Part shown: piece after piece, positions 54,231 to 64,000 of the stretch
How positions within the stretch are numbered: the first letter of the stretch is position 1
Layout: each line of letters opens with the position of its first letter
Assembly: GCA_963782915.1 (NCBI GenBank)
Contig: CAWALK010000001.1
Location: forward strand, 1-64,000
Source of the DNA: an uncultured archaeon
GTDB taxonomy: Archaea; Thermoproteota; Bathyarchaeia; Bathyarchaeales; Bathycorpusculaceae
DNA length: 64,000 nt
Direction of reading: 5' to 3'
Program-made: the position numbers and the translations under genes
The notes under the pieces: model-generated
Told to the model about the DNA's origin: nothing
The model's input: only the letters and a program-made list of their open reading frames with translations
Database searches by the model: none

Positions 54231-56378
54231 TTGAGCGGACAAAAAAGTAATACAGTTAACTTACTAATTGTTGATGATGATTTATCGCTACTACAAGTAG
54301 CCTCATTAATCCTCAAAGAAATGAATTGTTGCCTCAATATTGATACTGCAACAGGCGTGGATGAAGCCTATACGAAACTCGCAACCAAAGACTATGATGT
54401 CATCGTCTCAGATTACGAGATGCCCAAAAAGAGCGGGTTAGATTTCCTAAAGGCACTCAGAGAGAAAGGCAACAAAATCCCCTTTATCCTCTTTACAGGA
54501 AAAGGTAGAGAAGAAATCGCTATTCAAGCCCTAAACCTTGGTGCAGATCGATACCTAAACAAACAAGGCAACGCAGAAACAGTCTACAAAGAATTAACCA
54601 TAAGCATCCATCAACTGCACGAAAAAGCTCACGCGCAACGTCTGCTCTTGGAAAGTGAAGAACGCTTAAGACTTTTCATCGAAAATGCTCCGGACGCCAT
54701 TTTCATAAGTGATATTCAAGGCAAACTGCTGGACATAAACAAGCAGACCGAAGAATTAGTCGGTTACCAAAAAGGAGAACTATTTGGGAAAAACATGCTT
54801 GATTTAGTAATTTCATCCGACGGAAAAGCGACGGATCAGACTGCGAATTTAGCTCAGGATTATTCTAGGCGGAAAATAGGGCCAATAGAGTATACTGTAA
54901 AGCGTAAGGATGGGAGCAGCGTTATCGTTGAGGTTTCAACTTTTCCTATTAAGCGAGGCGAAGACATAGAAGTTATTGGTATTGCAAGAGACGTAACACA
55001 GCGCAAGAACGCCGAGGTAGAATTGGAGGCGAAATATGAAGCGCTTGAGCGGGTTGCAAAAAGTCTCGATTCCGGCTTAGCGATAATCGGCAGGGATTAT
55101 CGTGTGGTTTGGGCTAACTCGATTCTTCAAGCCATAGGCTCAGGTATCGACTGTAACAAAAGATGTTACCAGATATTCAACAAGCTGAACTCTGTTTGTC
55201 CCGATTGCGGTGTAAAAAAAGTGTTTGAGGGCAACTCGGTGCTTGATGTCCACGAATTTTTTACAAAGTCAGGCATTTGGGTTGAGCTTCGAGTAACCCC
55301 GTTAAAGGATAAAAACGGCAACATTATTGGCGCGTTAGAGCTTGGAGTGCCAATTACTGAACGCAAGAAAGCTCAAGAGGCCCTAAGGGAAAGCGAAGAA
55401 CGCTACGCCAAGTTATCATCTGCGGCTTTTGAAGGCATCTTGATCAGTCGAGACGGCATAGTAATAGATGCTAACGCACAATTTCTACAAGCCCACCAAT
55501 ACGAATTAAGTGAAATTGTGGGAAAAGGCGCTGAGATGCTTGTTGATCCCAAATATCGAGAGCTTGTAAAAACTAATATGCTCAAGGGATATGAGGGTCC
55601 ATACGAGTTTTTAGCGTTACGGAAGGATGGCTCTTCATTTCCGGTAGAGGTACACGCTAAATCTGTTAATTACAATGGGTTCCCCGCTAGGGTTAGCGCC
55701 GTCTTGGACATTACGGAACGTAAGAAAGCGGAGGATAGACTTGCAAGTGTAAATGAGAAACTACGGGTTGTTGGCAAGTTAACCAGACATGATGTTCGCA
55801 ATAAACTCTCAAACATACGATCCAATGTTTATTTAATAAAGAAGAAGTACGGTGGCGACGATGAGTTGGTAAAGTATCTTGCAAGTATTGATTCATCTGT
55901 TGCTATGGCCAATAGGCTCTTTGATTTTAGTGCGCTCTACGAAAAAATCGGTGTTGAAGAACAATCAAGTATTGATGTTAAAAGGTGCTTTAACGAGGCA
56001 GTTGAGCTTTTTTCAAGTTTGAGGGATGTTAAAGTCGTCAATGAAGTTGACGGTTTAGTAGTGGTTGCGGATTCTTTGCTTAGACAGTTATTCTATAATT
56101 TAATCGATAATTCGCTTAAACATGGCAAGAAAGTTACGCAAATAAAGCTGCAATACACAAGGGAAAGCAACCTGGTCAAGTTGATATTTGAAGACGATGG
56201 ATTGGGGGTTTCAAGTGAGAATAAAGAAAAGATTTTTTCTGAATACTTTACCACCGGTGAGGGAACAGGTTTAGGTTTGTCGATGGTTAAGAAAATGATG
56301 GCTGTTTACAACTGGTCAATACAAGAGACGGGTACGCCGGGCAGGGGCGTAAGATTCGAGATTACAATCCCAACATAA
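54231..56378 (+). CDS. hybrid sensor histidine kinase REC-PAS-PAS-PAS-HK
   Basis: LLIVDDD..VSDYEMP; three PAS/PAC units (RDVTQRK, PITERKK, DITERKK); TRHDVRN, NLIDNSLKHG, GTGLGL. Confidence 0.93.
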   Translation: MSGQKSNTVNLLIVDDDLSLLQVASLILKEMNCCLNIDTATGVDEAYTKLATKDYDVIVSDYEMPKKSGLDFLKALREKGNKIPFILFTGKGREEIAIQALNLGADRYLNKQGNAETVYKELTISIHQLHEKAHAQRLLLESEERLRLFIENAPDAIFISDIQGKLLDINKQTEELVGYQKGELFGKNMLDLVISSDGKATDQTANLAQDYSRRKIGPIEYTVKRKDGSSVIVEVSTFPIKRGEDIEVIGIARDVTQRKNAEVELEAKYEALERVAKSLDSGLAIIGRDYRVVWANSILQAIGSGIDCNKRCYQIFNKLNSVCPDCGVKKVFEGNSVLDVHEFFTKSGIWVELRVTPLKDKNGNIIGALELGVPITERKKAQEALRESEERYAKLSSAAFEGILISRDGIVIDANAQFLQAHQYELSEIVGKGAEMLVDPKYRELVKTNMLKGYEGPYEFLALRKDGSSFPVEVHAKSVNYNGFPARVSAVLDITERKKAEDRLASVNEKLRVVGKLTRHDVRNKLSNIRSNVYLIKKKYGGDDELVKYLASIDSSVAMANRLFDFSALYEKIGVEEQSSIDVKRCFNEAVELFSSLRDVKVVNEVDGLVVVADSLLRQLFYNLIDNSLKHGKKVTQIKLQYTRESNLVKLIFEDDGLGVSSENKEKIFSEYFTTGEGTGLGLSMVKKMMAVYNWSIQETGTPGRGVRFEITIPT

Positions 56379-56447
56379 ATCCCTCTGAAATGGTGGTGAA
56401 AGCAAAATTCTTTATTCATCAACAAACATAGATTATAATGTGAAGGG

Positions 56448-57080
56448 TTGATTTGTTTGCTGATTGAAACCTTTACGGTTGGTATGCTATCAACCAACTG
56501 TTATGTAGCAAGCTCTCATGACACTAAAGAGGCAATAGTAATCGATCCGGGCCTCGATTATACTTCTGAAGCTCAACAAATCATCGATTACATAGAACAG
56601 GCGCAATTAAAAATCAAATACATCGTAAACACACATGGGCACAATGATCACGTGAAGGGCGACGCGATTCTGCAAGAGAAATATAATGTGCCTATCTGCA
56701 TCCACAAATTAGACGCTTACTTTATCGAAAGTGTACAAACAGAGAAAGCGCCTCCAAACATGCTTCTCGAAGAAGGCAACCTGATAAAATTCGGCGAAGA
56801 AACCCTAACGGTCCTTCATACACCCGGCCATACCCGCGGCTGCATATGCTTAGTCGGCGACCACATAGCCTTCACGGGCGACACATTGTTTGCGGGTGGA
56901 ATCGGCAGAACAGATTTCCCCGAAGGCTCAATGACTGACATGAACCGATCACTAAAAAAACTCGAGAAATTGCCCGATTCAATGCTGATTTATCCGGGGC
57001 ACGGAGAAACGTCGATGATTGGGGAAGAAAAAAGGGTAAACCCCTTCCTAAGTGACCGCAGCCCAGATTTGATGTTCTAA
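56448..57080 (+). CDS. metallo-beta-lactamase fold hydrolase (glyoxalase II-like)
   Basis: THGHNDH, HTPGHT, FTGDTLF, YPGHG. Confidence 0.92.
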   Translation: MICLLIETFTVGMLSTNCYVASSHDTKEAIVIDPGLDYTSEAQQIIDYIEQAQLKIKYIVNTHGHNDHVKGDAILQEKYNVPICIHKLDAYFIESVQTEKAPPNMLLEEGNLIKFGEETLTVLHTPGHTRGCICLVGDHIAFTGDTLFAGGIGRTDFPEGSMTDMNRSLKKLEKLPDSMLIYPGHGETSMIGEEKRVNPFLSDRSPDLMF

Positions 57081-58102
57081 TAGTTTCTGGGGTTCTGCTG
57101 TAGTTCTTGTAGTGCACGCAATCGTTTGATGATGTTTGGGTGCGTTGAGAGGATTTCTACGAGTGAGTCGGTGGATGTGGGTTTCTCTGAGAGTTTTTGC
57201 CTTAGCAGATCATATTTGTTGGCTGCGTTGTTTTTGTGCAGTTCTTCGGAGTCAAAGCTGGCGCGGTCTGGGTCTGAGATGAAGAGTGCTTTGTAGGCTG
57301 TGTTGTTTTTGTTTTGCTGCTTGTTTGGTTTAGTACTGCGTTTGCTTTCTTCTACGATGGTGACTAAGCCTGTGGAGAGTTTTTCTGCGCCGTTCTCAAC
57401 TATGGCTGCGCTGTGGCGGTCAGCGTAGTACTCGCGCAGTCTGCTGAGGTAGAGTGTGAATAGGGTTAGTATCCATGAGAACGCCATGAATGCGATGCCG
57501 ATTAGGGCGTTGTTGCCGCCTCCGCCTTCTCTGTCCCTGTTGCCGCCGCCCAGCATGCCTGACCACATCATGGACCAGCCGATGTAGTAGAAGAGCGCTG
57601 GCAGGAATGAGACGACCATCATTACTTGGACGTCGCGGTGTTTGAGGTGGCCTAGTTCGTGGCCGATGACTGCTTCAACTTCGCCGTCATCAAGATGGCT
57701 CAGGAGTCCCTCGGTTACGGCGACTCTGCTGCCCGTTAATGGCGAGCCATAGGCGAATGCGTTTGGCAATGGAATCTGTGAGAGCATGAGTTGTGGGGTT
57801 TTGATGCCGCTTTTTTTGCTCAAATCAGAGACCATCTGCTGGAGTTTGGGGTTGTCGCCAGCTTTTAGGGCTTTAACCTTGTAGATAGCCCCCACCAAAT
57901 ACGGCGAAAGTAGCCACTGTGCCACGTTTAAGAAAACAACCAAGACTCCGACCGTTACTATGCTAAAGTATCCGATGTAGAGTAGCACCGCGGAGAAAAC
58001 CAGTGTGGTTAACCCAAAGATGGCTGCTAAAGTGGCAACCATGGAAAAACGAAGCTTCCAAGCGTTCATGAAATTCACTGCTTCAACTTGTGTTCCCTGC
58101 AC
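57077..58102 (-). CDS. htpX: zinc metalloprotease HtpX (M48)
   Basis: PNAFAYG, VIGHELGHLKHRD, SRLREYYAD, STHP..KR. Confidence 0.92.
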   Translation of the reverse strand: MQGTQVEAVNFMNAWKLRFSMVATLAAIFGLTTLVFSAVLLYIGYFSIVTVGVLVVFLNVAQWLLSPYLVGAIYKVKALKAGDNPKLQQMVSDLSKKSGIKTPQLMLSQIPLPNAFAYGSPLTGSRVAVTEGLLSHLDDGEVEAVIGHELGHLKHRDVQVMMVVSFLPALFYYIGWSMMWSGMLGGGNRDREGGGGNNALIGIAFMAFSWILTLFTLYLSRLREYYADRHSAAIVENGAEKLSTGLVTIVEESKRSTKPNKQQNKNNTAYKALFISDPDRASFDSEELHKNNAANKYDLLRQKLSEKPTSTDSLVEILSTHPNIIKRLRALQELQQNPRNY

Positions 58103-58162
58103 GCTTATAGCTTTTATGCGAAAAAGCAGCCTTTCGAGCCCAAAAAGTTGGCTGCTGCAGAG

Positions 58163-58907
58163 TTATTTGGCGCTTGCAAGCAGGATTAGTCGTGGCGCTC
58201 CGGAGCTATAGGGTTGCTCTTCGTAATCGCCATAAACGGATTGAGTAGCTAAACCTGTGGTTGCGAGTAACTCCTCAAGTTTGGGGCGCTGGTATAGGCG
58301 TACGGAATGCCCAAAAACCCTCACCTGCCCAGTTGCCCTATCCTGAATCGTCCATAAATCACGGAGTCGCTCCCCATCATCGCTTACTGTACGCTGTTGC
58401 TGGAGAGTAAAGCTGGGGTAATCATACAATTTTAGCCTCGGAGCTTTCTCAGCATACTTTTTGACGAGGTTTTCTCGGTTAAACACATCCAAAATAAATG
58501 TGCCACCCAAACAGAGGACCCTTCGCGCTTCAGCCAAACTCTTAGCATCCTCTTGTTCGGTGGGCAGATACCCAAAGCTCGTATCCATGCTAATCGCTGC
58601 CGCAAACGATTCTTTTTTGAAGGGCAGAAACCGCATGTCACCCCTGATCAGCTGTGAGGCACCCCGCTGTTTAGCAATCTTTAAAAGACGAGCGGAAACA
58701 TCCAAACCAACCATACAATAACCCGCCTCTGATAGGGCAATCATGTGGCGTCCTGACCCGCAGGCAACATCCAAAACAACACCGTCAGGGCTTAAGCTGG
58801 CTTTTCAGGAACTCTATTTGGCGTTGGGTCTGGTCTTTGTCAGCAATTTCAACCCAATATATGCCCATTTCATCAAAAACGTTGCCTGCGGATTCACTTT
58901 GCTCCAT
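58163..58907 (-). CDS. class I SAM-dependent methyltransferase (frameshift near the 5' end)
   Basis: VLDVACGSGRH, GLDVS, GDMRFLPF, TSFGY. Confidence 0.88.
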
Positions 58908-58958
58908 ATCTAGGGTTGTGGCAACGGCGGATTTAGCGGTTTAGATTGAAGCGAAAAC

Positions 58959-59237
58959 TCATTCATGCGACTCAACACAATAATGAGCAAAAAGACTCTT
59001 ATCAGGAAACTTTTTCTCAAGAAAAGCACTTGCCTCCTCCTTAGAATCAAAAGAAAACCAGCCACCCTCCGCTTTCTCCCCATTACCCTTCAAGGTTGTT
59101 TCCCTCAAAACACTAGGACACAAATCCGTATGCAAATAACAATTAGATGGTTTATCGACGTTCACCCAGTACTTCAAAACTAGTCGCCTATATCGACCTC
59201 TATGTAAGGATGTAATTAAATCTAGCAGGACAATCAA
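58959..59237 (-). CDS. small hypothetical protein
   Basis: YWVNVDKP..YLH...C....GGWFSFDSKEEA looks protein-like; start probably near 59177. Confidence 0.55.
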   Translation of the reverse strand: MIVLLDLITSLHRGRYRRLVLKYWVNVDKPSNCYLHTDLCPSVLRETTLKGNGEKAEGGWFSFDSKEEASAFLEKKFPDKSLFAHYCVESHE

Positions 59238-59321
59238 ACCCTAGCAGCATTCCAAATATTGTCTATCTGAGCAATTCCCAGCGGGAGTACAGGTTCAAGT
59301 CATAAGCGTAGCGGTTGCTTC

Positions 59322-59900
59322 TTAGAAAGGGTCAGGTGACCTATGCATCGTTAGGTTCTCAGGACCGAAATACCTAAAAATACTATTAACGATTGAGTCG
59401 CTGCTTGTTTGGTTGCCCGATACAAATCTTAACGTGTATGTGAAAGTTTTGCCCGCTTCGATTGTTACATTTTGATGCGACTGCCATTCAGGTTGCCCAT
59501 CATTATCAGTGACCAGATAGTTCAGGTTCCAAGCCGTTACACCTCCAGAGCCATTCCATACCTGTTTTTCTCCATTATGAATTCCGTATTCTCCGTTGGT
59601 TGTGTAGTCCATGTGGAAATCCCACAAATTCAAAGTAGCAGGATACTTGCTTCCGACTTGGATAGTTACGACCCATCGAGTAAGGTAGCTATCAGGTAAA
59701 CCCGAGCTGTTGTATTGTGTTTCTGTGCTTGTTTGGATATAATATTCCGCTGTCAATGTTGGAGGCGACTTGTTTGACACTGGCTTCGAATTTGCCGATT
59801 GGGTGGTTGTAGTGCTGTTTAGGGTCTGGGCGACTATGGCCAGTAATACAACCGAAATAATGACGGCAAATAGAATAATGGCGGGTATTTTTTTGTTCAC
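59322..59900 (-). CDS. membrane-anchored/secreted hypothetical protein
   Basis: N-terminal KK + hydrophobic anchor, S/T linker, beta-rich domain. Confidence 0.7.
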   Translation of the reverse strand: MNKKIPAIILFAVIISVVLLAIVAQTLNSTTTTQSANSKPVSNKSPPTLTAEYYIQTSTETQYNSSGLPDSYLTRWVVTIQVGSKYPATLNLWDFHMDYTTNGEYGIHNGEKQVWNGSGGVTAWNLNYLVTDNDGQPEWQSHQNVTIEAGKTFTYTLRFVSGNQTSSDSIVNSIFRYFGPENLTMHRSPDPF

Positions 59901-60053
59901 GTTTATTGTTGCCTCTAATCTTGATGCTTACTTGGTTACTTCTCTTTTTAAAACTTGCTTGAAAAAAGAATATGCGCCTTTATTGTGGCAATGAAGTTGC
60001 GGTGGCAGGTACGTTAAGCTCCCACTAATTTGTGTCAGACCTTAGGAGCCAGA

Positions 60054-60239
60054 TTAGATAGTATCATAGTACAGTTCTATGTAACCGCACTCTTGGCACG
60101 TGTATGTTCTAGCTGGAATGAACCTGTTGGTTTTGACACTGTACCCTTTGATTCCTTTGGTAGCGGTTACTATTGCGGATAAATCTTTGGACTTGTTCAT
60201 TGTACCGTTGCATTTAGGGCAAGTTTTCGTTGTTGACAT
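60054..60239 (-). CDS. small zinc-ribbon protein (CPxC...CxxCG)
   Basis: CPKCNGTM...YTCQECGYIELY. Confidence 0.75.
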   Translation of the reverse strand: MSTTKTCPKCNGTMNKSKDLSAIVTATKGIKGYSVKTNRFIPARTYTCQECGYIELYYDTI

Positions 60240-60442
60240 AGAGAATTATTTTGGTTTAGATTGTATTAAACGCTTTCACGAAACGGGGTGAGGTCTCGAT
60301 GAAGTTCTTGACCTTTTCCAGCGATGGTGTGTACCCACCGCTCTCGGAATCCGCTATTCGTGTTCCATTAGTGGAACATTGTTGTTCCAACAATAGAACT
60401 AAGAAGGCGTTTGGCACGGTTGCTTTATGGAAATAGAATCCA

Positions 60443-60874
60443 ATGAAAAAGCCCAAAAAAGATGTGCAGAATAAACGGCTAATTGCAACTATAGCGGTAG
60501 TCGCGTTAGCAATATCATTGTGCATACTTGCTTACGTTCAATTTGTAACTCCGCAACCAACAGGCCCTTCAACGAGTACACCAACAGCAACGCCAAATTC
60601 AAGGCTTACAATAACCTATTCAGAACTTTCACGAAATCGAACTATGGTGGCAATCCAGCTTAAACTTGAACCAAACAGTTACATATTCCAATTAAATGCA
60701 ACCTCATTCTATCTTACTGAGAACGCTAAAAGAATTTCAGCTAACACAAACGATGTCGTTATAATTGGCACTCAATACTCAACCGTATTCTTCCCAATCA
60801 ATAACTATGACGGCACAGATTATCACCTATCGAGTAACGTACTGCCATCAGATACAATCTGGATCCGGCAATAA
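60443..60874 (+). CDS. membrane-anchored hypothetical protein
   Basis: Basic N-terminus, TM, P/T linker, small beta domain. Confidence 0.7.
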   Translation: MKKPKKDVQNKRLIATIAVVALAISLCILAYVQFVTPQPTGPSTSTPTATPNSRLTITYSELSRNRTMVAIQLKLEPNSYIFQLNATSFYLTENAKRISANTNDVVIIGTQYSTVFFPINNYDGTDYHLSSNVLPSDTIWIRQ

Positions 60875-60916
60875 CTAAAGCGGTTTATTGCCTGGTTTAA
60901 ACAAATAAAAAGCGGC

Positions 60917-61200
60917 TTTCCTGCTAATTGCAGGTTGAACCTGCCCTTGAATCTATTTATAGGGGAGGGGGTACCTCGGCAGAGCAACAAAGATACCGTA
61001 TTTATTCTTTATATAAGGGAGGGGGTAGGTGCTCTGAGGTAGGTAGGTCCCATAAACCTAAAGGTGTAGCCGAACCGATCTGCTTGCAAAAGTTTCCACA
61101 ACCACCCGCAACCCAACTCCCAACGTTCAAGCCAAAACACGGCCGACCCCACAAGCAGCAGGTTGTTGTTGTGTATAGAGGATTTTCGGCAACAACACCT
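60917..61200 (+). repeat. composite dispersed repeat (module A, short A, module B)
   Basis: Contains all modules seen at 16516, 23603, 32633, 38316 and 38494. Confidence 0.8.
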
Positions 61201-61278
61201 AAACAAAAACCCCGCACATAGTTTCGAGCCGCTTAAATATCCAACCCTGCATTCACTAAATCACTGGAGAACCCATAC

Positions 61279-61969
61279 GTGACGGATAAGCAGCTGTGGC
61301 AGCACCTCTATATGCTTCTAAAACTCGCCGAAATGGGCGCTTACAAGCGGACCGCCAAAATCTCAACCGAGTACTTAGCGCAGAAACTCGATATTTCCCA
61401 GCAGACCGCTTCACGTTACCTTATCGAGTTGGAACGCAAGGGCTGGATACAACGCAAAGTCACACCTGACGGCAGCTTAATTAAAATCCAGGAGTCAGGC
61501 GCTTTGGAGCTTCAGAAGCTTTACTCTAACCTTAAGGTTTTGATGGAAAAAAATTACCCACCCTCCGTCACATTGGAAGGCACCGTCTTCACAGGACTTA
61601 GGCGAAGGCGCATACTACATTTCCAAACCCGACTACAAAAAACAGATCCTTGAGAAAATGGGTTTTGAACCCTACCCTGGAACATTAAACGTCAAATTAA
61701 ACTCCGACTACGACATAAAAACCCGCAAAGACCTCGAAGCCTACCCCGCCGTGGAAGTGATGGGTTTCCAGAATGAAACCCGCACATTCGGATTAGTCAA
61801 ATGCTACCCAGCCATCATCGGCGGCACAGTCAAAGGCGCATTAGTAACTGCACTGCGCAGCCACTATGATGCTTCTGTACTTGAGATTATTGCGCCTGTT
61901 TGCCTGCGAAAACAGTTGGGGCTAAAAGACGGCAACAAAGTAAAAGTTGAAATCAGCACCCAATTTTAA
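61279..61969 (+). CDS. ribK: CTP-dependent riboflavin kinase with N-terminal HTH (RbkR-like; frameshifted)
   Basis: ISQQTASRYL HTH; LEGTVFTGLGEG, GFEPYPGTLNV, RSHY..VLEIIAP..LR. Confidence 0.92.
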
Positions 61970-61971
61970 CT

Positions 61972-62580
61972 CTAAAAAGGCGTATTTCTGAATTTGAATT
62001 CAGTGCTGTGTTGATGATCTGGTTTTCTATAGGAAGCTATTAAGTAGCCCAGTATTAAACCGACGGCTAAGCCTCCGAAGTGCGCCAAAAGATTAGTGTT
62101 CTCGCCGATGTTCATGAAGAAAAGGAAGAATGCAAACACTATGGCACCCACTATTGATTGCCTGATTGAGCGCCTATCATACATGACACAAGCAGCGAAT
62201 AACGCAAAAATGGCTCCTGAAGCGCCTACTGCAGGAACATAAAGCGATCCCAAGCCCAAGTACAGTAAGTTGCCTGCTAAACCACCGAGGATGTAGATGC
62301 CAAGGTATTCTGGCAGCGAAAACATTTCTTCTCCACGCAAACCGAAGATTAACAAGAACAGCATGTTGCCGACTAGATGGAATATTGAGGCATGAACAAA
62401 CATGGAAGTGATAAGTTGATAGTATGCGCCGTTGAATACAAAATAGTTGACTTGCCCATAAGCTACTGCTACTTCGTTGGGTGTGTTTAATGCGTCTCCG
62501 CCGACTACTACGCCGATGATGTATATGGCTACGTTTAGGGCGATTAAGATGTAGGTGGGCTTGTACTTCTCACAATTCAT
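61972..62580 (-). CDS. rhomboid family intramembrane serine protease
   Basis: TSMFVH..FHLVGNM, VGASGAIF, AHFGGL. Confidence 0.92.
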   Translation of the reverse strand: MNCEKYKPTYILIALNVAIYIIGVVVGGDALNTPNEVAVAYGQVNYFVFNGAYYQLITSMFVHASIFHLVGNMLFLLIFGLRGEEMFSLPEYLGIYILGGLAGNLLYLGLGSLYVPAVGASGAIFALFAACVMYDRRSIRQSIVGAIVFAFFLFFMNIGENTNLLAHFGGLAVGLILGYLIASYRKPDHQHSTEFKFRNTPF

Positions 62581-62594
62581 TGCTGGTTACCAGA

Positions 62595-63066
62595 TTATTT
62601 GGTGAGTTTGTCGATTATTTTTTGTTTAATCTTTGTGGAGCTATCTAAAGTGTTCTCCCCGTATTTGCCGATTCGAACAATAGACACCGACCAGTTTATG
62701 TTTTGCAATAGATATTCTTTGACTTCTTGTTCCATCTCTGCTTGGTCATAGCCCAAAGCGATGACGTCGGGCTTGATTTCTTCGAGGACTTCACCGATAT
62801 CTAAGCCCTCATAACCCAACACAGCCTCATCCACAACTTTTAGGGATTCGACGAGTGCGCGGCGTTGGTCTTCGGACATTATGGGTTTTCTGCCCTTCAA
62901 CTTCTCCGCAGTGCTAGTCTTTGGCGATGATAACTATTAGTTTGGCGTCTGCTCCGCCTGCTTTTTTGGCATCTTCTAGAAATCTCACGTGCCCTAAATG
63001 TAGCAGGTCAAAAACGCCTGAAGCCAAAACTACTCTTTGCTTTCTTGTTGCGGTTTGGTTGGCCAT
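62595..63066 (-). CDS. ribL: FAD synthase (cytidylyltransferase family; frameshifted)
   Basis: VVLASGVFDLLHLGHV, QRRALVESLKVVDEAVLG, KPDVIALGYDQ, SSTKI; near ribK. Confidence 0.85.
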
Positions 63067-63317
63067 ACAAAGTCCACTGCACCCAATAGTCTTAACCCAT
63101 CCAGCAGCCCTTCACAGTAAGCCACCGAGGTTAAGCTGGTTTCAAGCTTGCCCTGAGCCTTATAATACTTTGCATCAGCCAAGTAATCGAGTGCCCAACG
63201 CAGAACCTCACTGACTGACGCTTCACTGACGGTTATCGGAGTCGGTTGCCGCTTCAATTCAGATAGCACCTTTTCTGCTGAACCAATATACTTGGCGGCG
63301 AGGGCGTCAAGGCTCAT
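63030..63317 (-). CDS. DUF357 family protein
   Basis: ALDYLADAKYY...SVAYCEGLLDGLR; typical neighbour of dph5. Confidence 0.88.
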   Translation of the reverse strand: MSLDALAAKYIGSAEKVLSELKRQPTPITVSEASVSEVLRWALDYLADAKYYKAQGKLETSLTSVAYCEGLLDGLRLLGAVDFVWPTKPQQESKE

Positions 63318-64000
63318 CTGGTTAGCCTCTTGAACTCTTTGGGCGCTCCTGCAAACGCGATTAGGGCGTCTATTTCCATGAAGTGCAAATCTCCGGGGAT
63401 TATTAGGCTAAAGGGTGGTTCGCCGAAATCAAAGTTGACTAAATCCTTGATGAAATCCGCTTTTAGAGTGGGATTGTCGCTGCCTGCCCTTGCAATCCCC
63501 AAAGCAACAGTGCCTGGGTTGAGGATGTCGAGTTTCTTTTTTGCTTCAACTTCCAAAAGCAGCTTGATGCCTTCATTAATCGTTAGGTACCTGTTTTCTG
63601 CTGCCCTCAAATCCAAAAGGCACAACGTATGCAAACCCAGTTTTTTGTTCTGGGCGATCACATTGTAGGGTGTCTCTGAGAAGTTATCCGCAAAAGGCAC
63701 CGTTACGGTTTTGCCGAATTTGTAATTATGAAGTCCCGAGAGGCTAACGATAGCTGACATGATGGAAATGCCGTGAATAACGCGGGTTTTTATACCCTGC
63801 TTCTCTGCGTCAATGCGAAGAGTAACGTGGGTTGTGGCTATGAATGGGTCACCGGGCACCAGAAACACTGCTTTGCCCGTTTTGGCGGCTTGGAGGATGA
63901 GTTTGCCGTTGTCTTCTTCAAGGTCCTTGCGCTCAATTAACTGTACTTTTTTGCCGATTTCTGCCTCAAAACGTTCCATACTAAAGTCCGGCATGCGGCT
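63314..64000 (-). CDS. dph5: diphthine synthase (5' end outside the window)
   Basis: LVPGDPFIATTH, GLHNYKFGKTVT, GLHTLCLLD, DFGEPPFSLIIPGDLHFME. Confidence 0.95.
   Translation of the reverse strand, partial: SRMPDFSMERFEAEIGKKVQLIERKDLEEDNGKLILQAAKTGKAVFLVPGDPFIATTHVTLRIDAEKQGIKTRVIHGISIMSAIVSLSGLHNYKFGKTVTVPFADNFSETPYNVIAQNKKLGLHTLCLLDLRAAENRYLTINEGIKLLLEVEAKKKLDILNPGTVALGIARAGSDNPTLKADFIKDLVNFDFGEPPFSLIIPGDLHFMEIDALIAFAGAPKEFKRLTR

Noticed and set aside
60318-60345. GCGATGGTGT resembling a fluoride riboswitch 5' end
   Set aside because: Lacks the CGCC pairing partner and the downstream GCT..TAATGA motif; no fluoride-related gene follows
60361-60378. GTTCCATTAGTGGAAC palindrome resembling an ORB origin element
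   Set aside because: Spacer differs from ORB; single copy, no adjacent G-string, and no orc1/cdc6 gene nearby
32645-61025. GGGGAGGG octamers resembling KOPS (GGGNAGGG)
   Set aside because: They occur in both orientations within ~6 kb and are embedded in a longer conserved repeat, so they are not polar KOPS
60928-61221. 97-aa ORF with repeated YRGGG/YKGGG/YRGF
   Set aside because: It overlays the DNA repeat; other copies differ by non-triplet indels, so conservation is at the nucleotide level

Overview
Archaeal chromosomal window, most likely Bathyarchaeia. The archaeal assignment rests on dph5, DUF357, ribL, HTH-fused CTP-dependent riboflavin kinase and TATA-type promoters; the class is inferred from the style of the surface proteins. 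Many genes, mostly between ~20 and 52 kb, are split by 1-2 nt indels, often in homopolymers, which looks like long-read consensus error; these genes were rejoined by hand. Contents in order: (1) a FecR-domain membrane protein; (2) a MacB/FtsX-type ABC system divergent from an Mmp11/TiaS-like DDTD enzyme plus a degenerate CPBP protease; (3) tRNA-Ser(GCT) followed by an AT-rich ~5.9 kb island closed by a decayed copy of the tRNA 3' end, carrying DUF2252, TMEM175, PRC-barrel, two VIT-like and DUF6325/DUF1269 genes; (4) an alpha-glucan cluster (GT4, half-GT4, wHTH, GHMP kinase, GH13_8-type glgB); (5) nrdR-nrdD-nrdG with NrdR boxes abutting a TATA box; (6) a 2-oxoacid:ferredoxin oxidoreductase operon headed by an uncalled 45-aa 8-Cys microprotein; (7) MoxR AAA+/vWA divergent from cheY-D-C-R; (8) a NapH-like/NosD/Isf/Hcp cluster; (9) SGNH-SGNH-acyltransferase-3; (10) a hybrid histidine kinase and housekeeping genes. 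A family of dispersed non-coding repeats (TATAGGGGAGGGGG and GTTGTTG...CAACAAC modules) sits at several gene-block junctions. All family assignments come from motif recognition only; no database searches were run.
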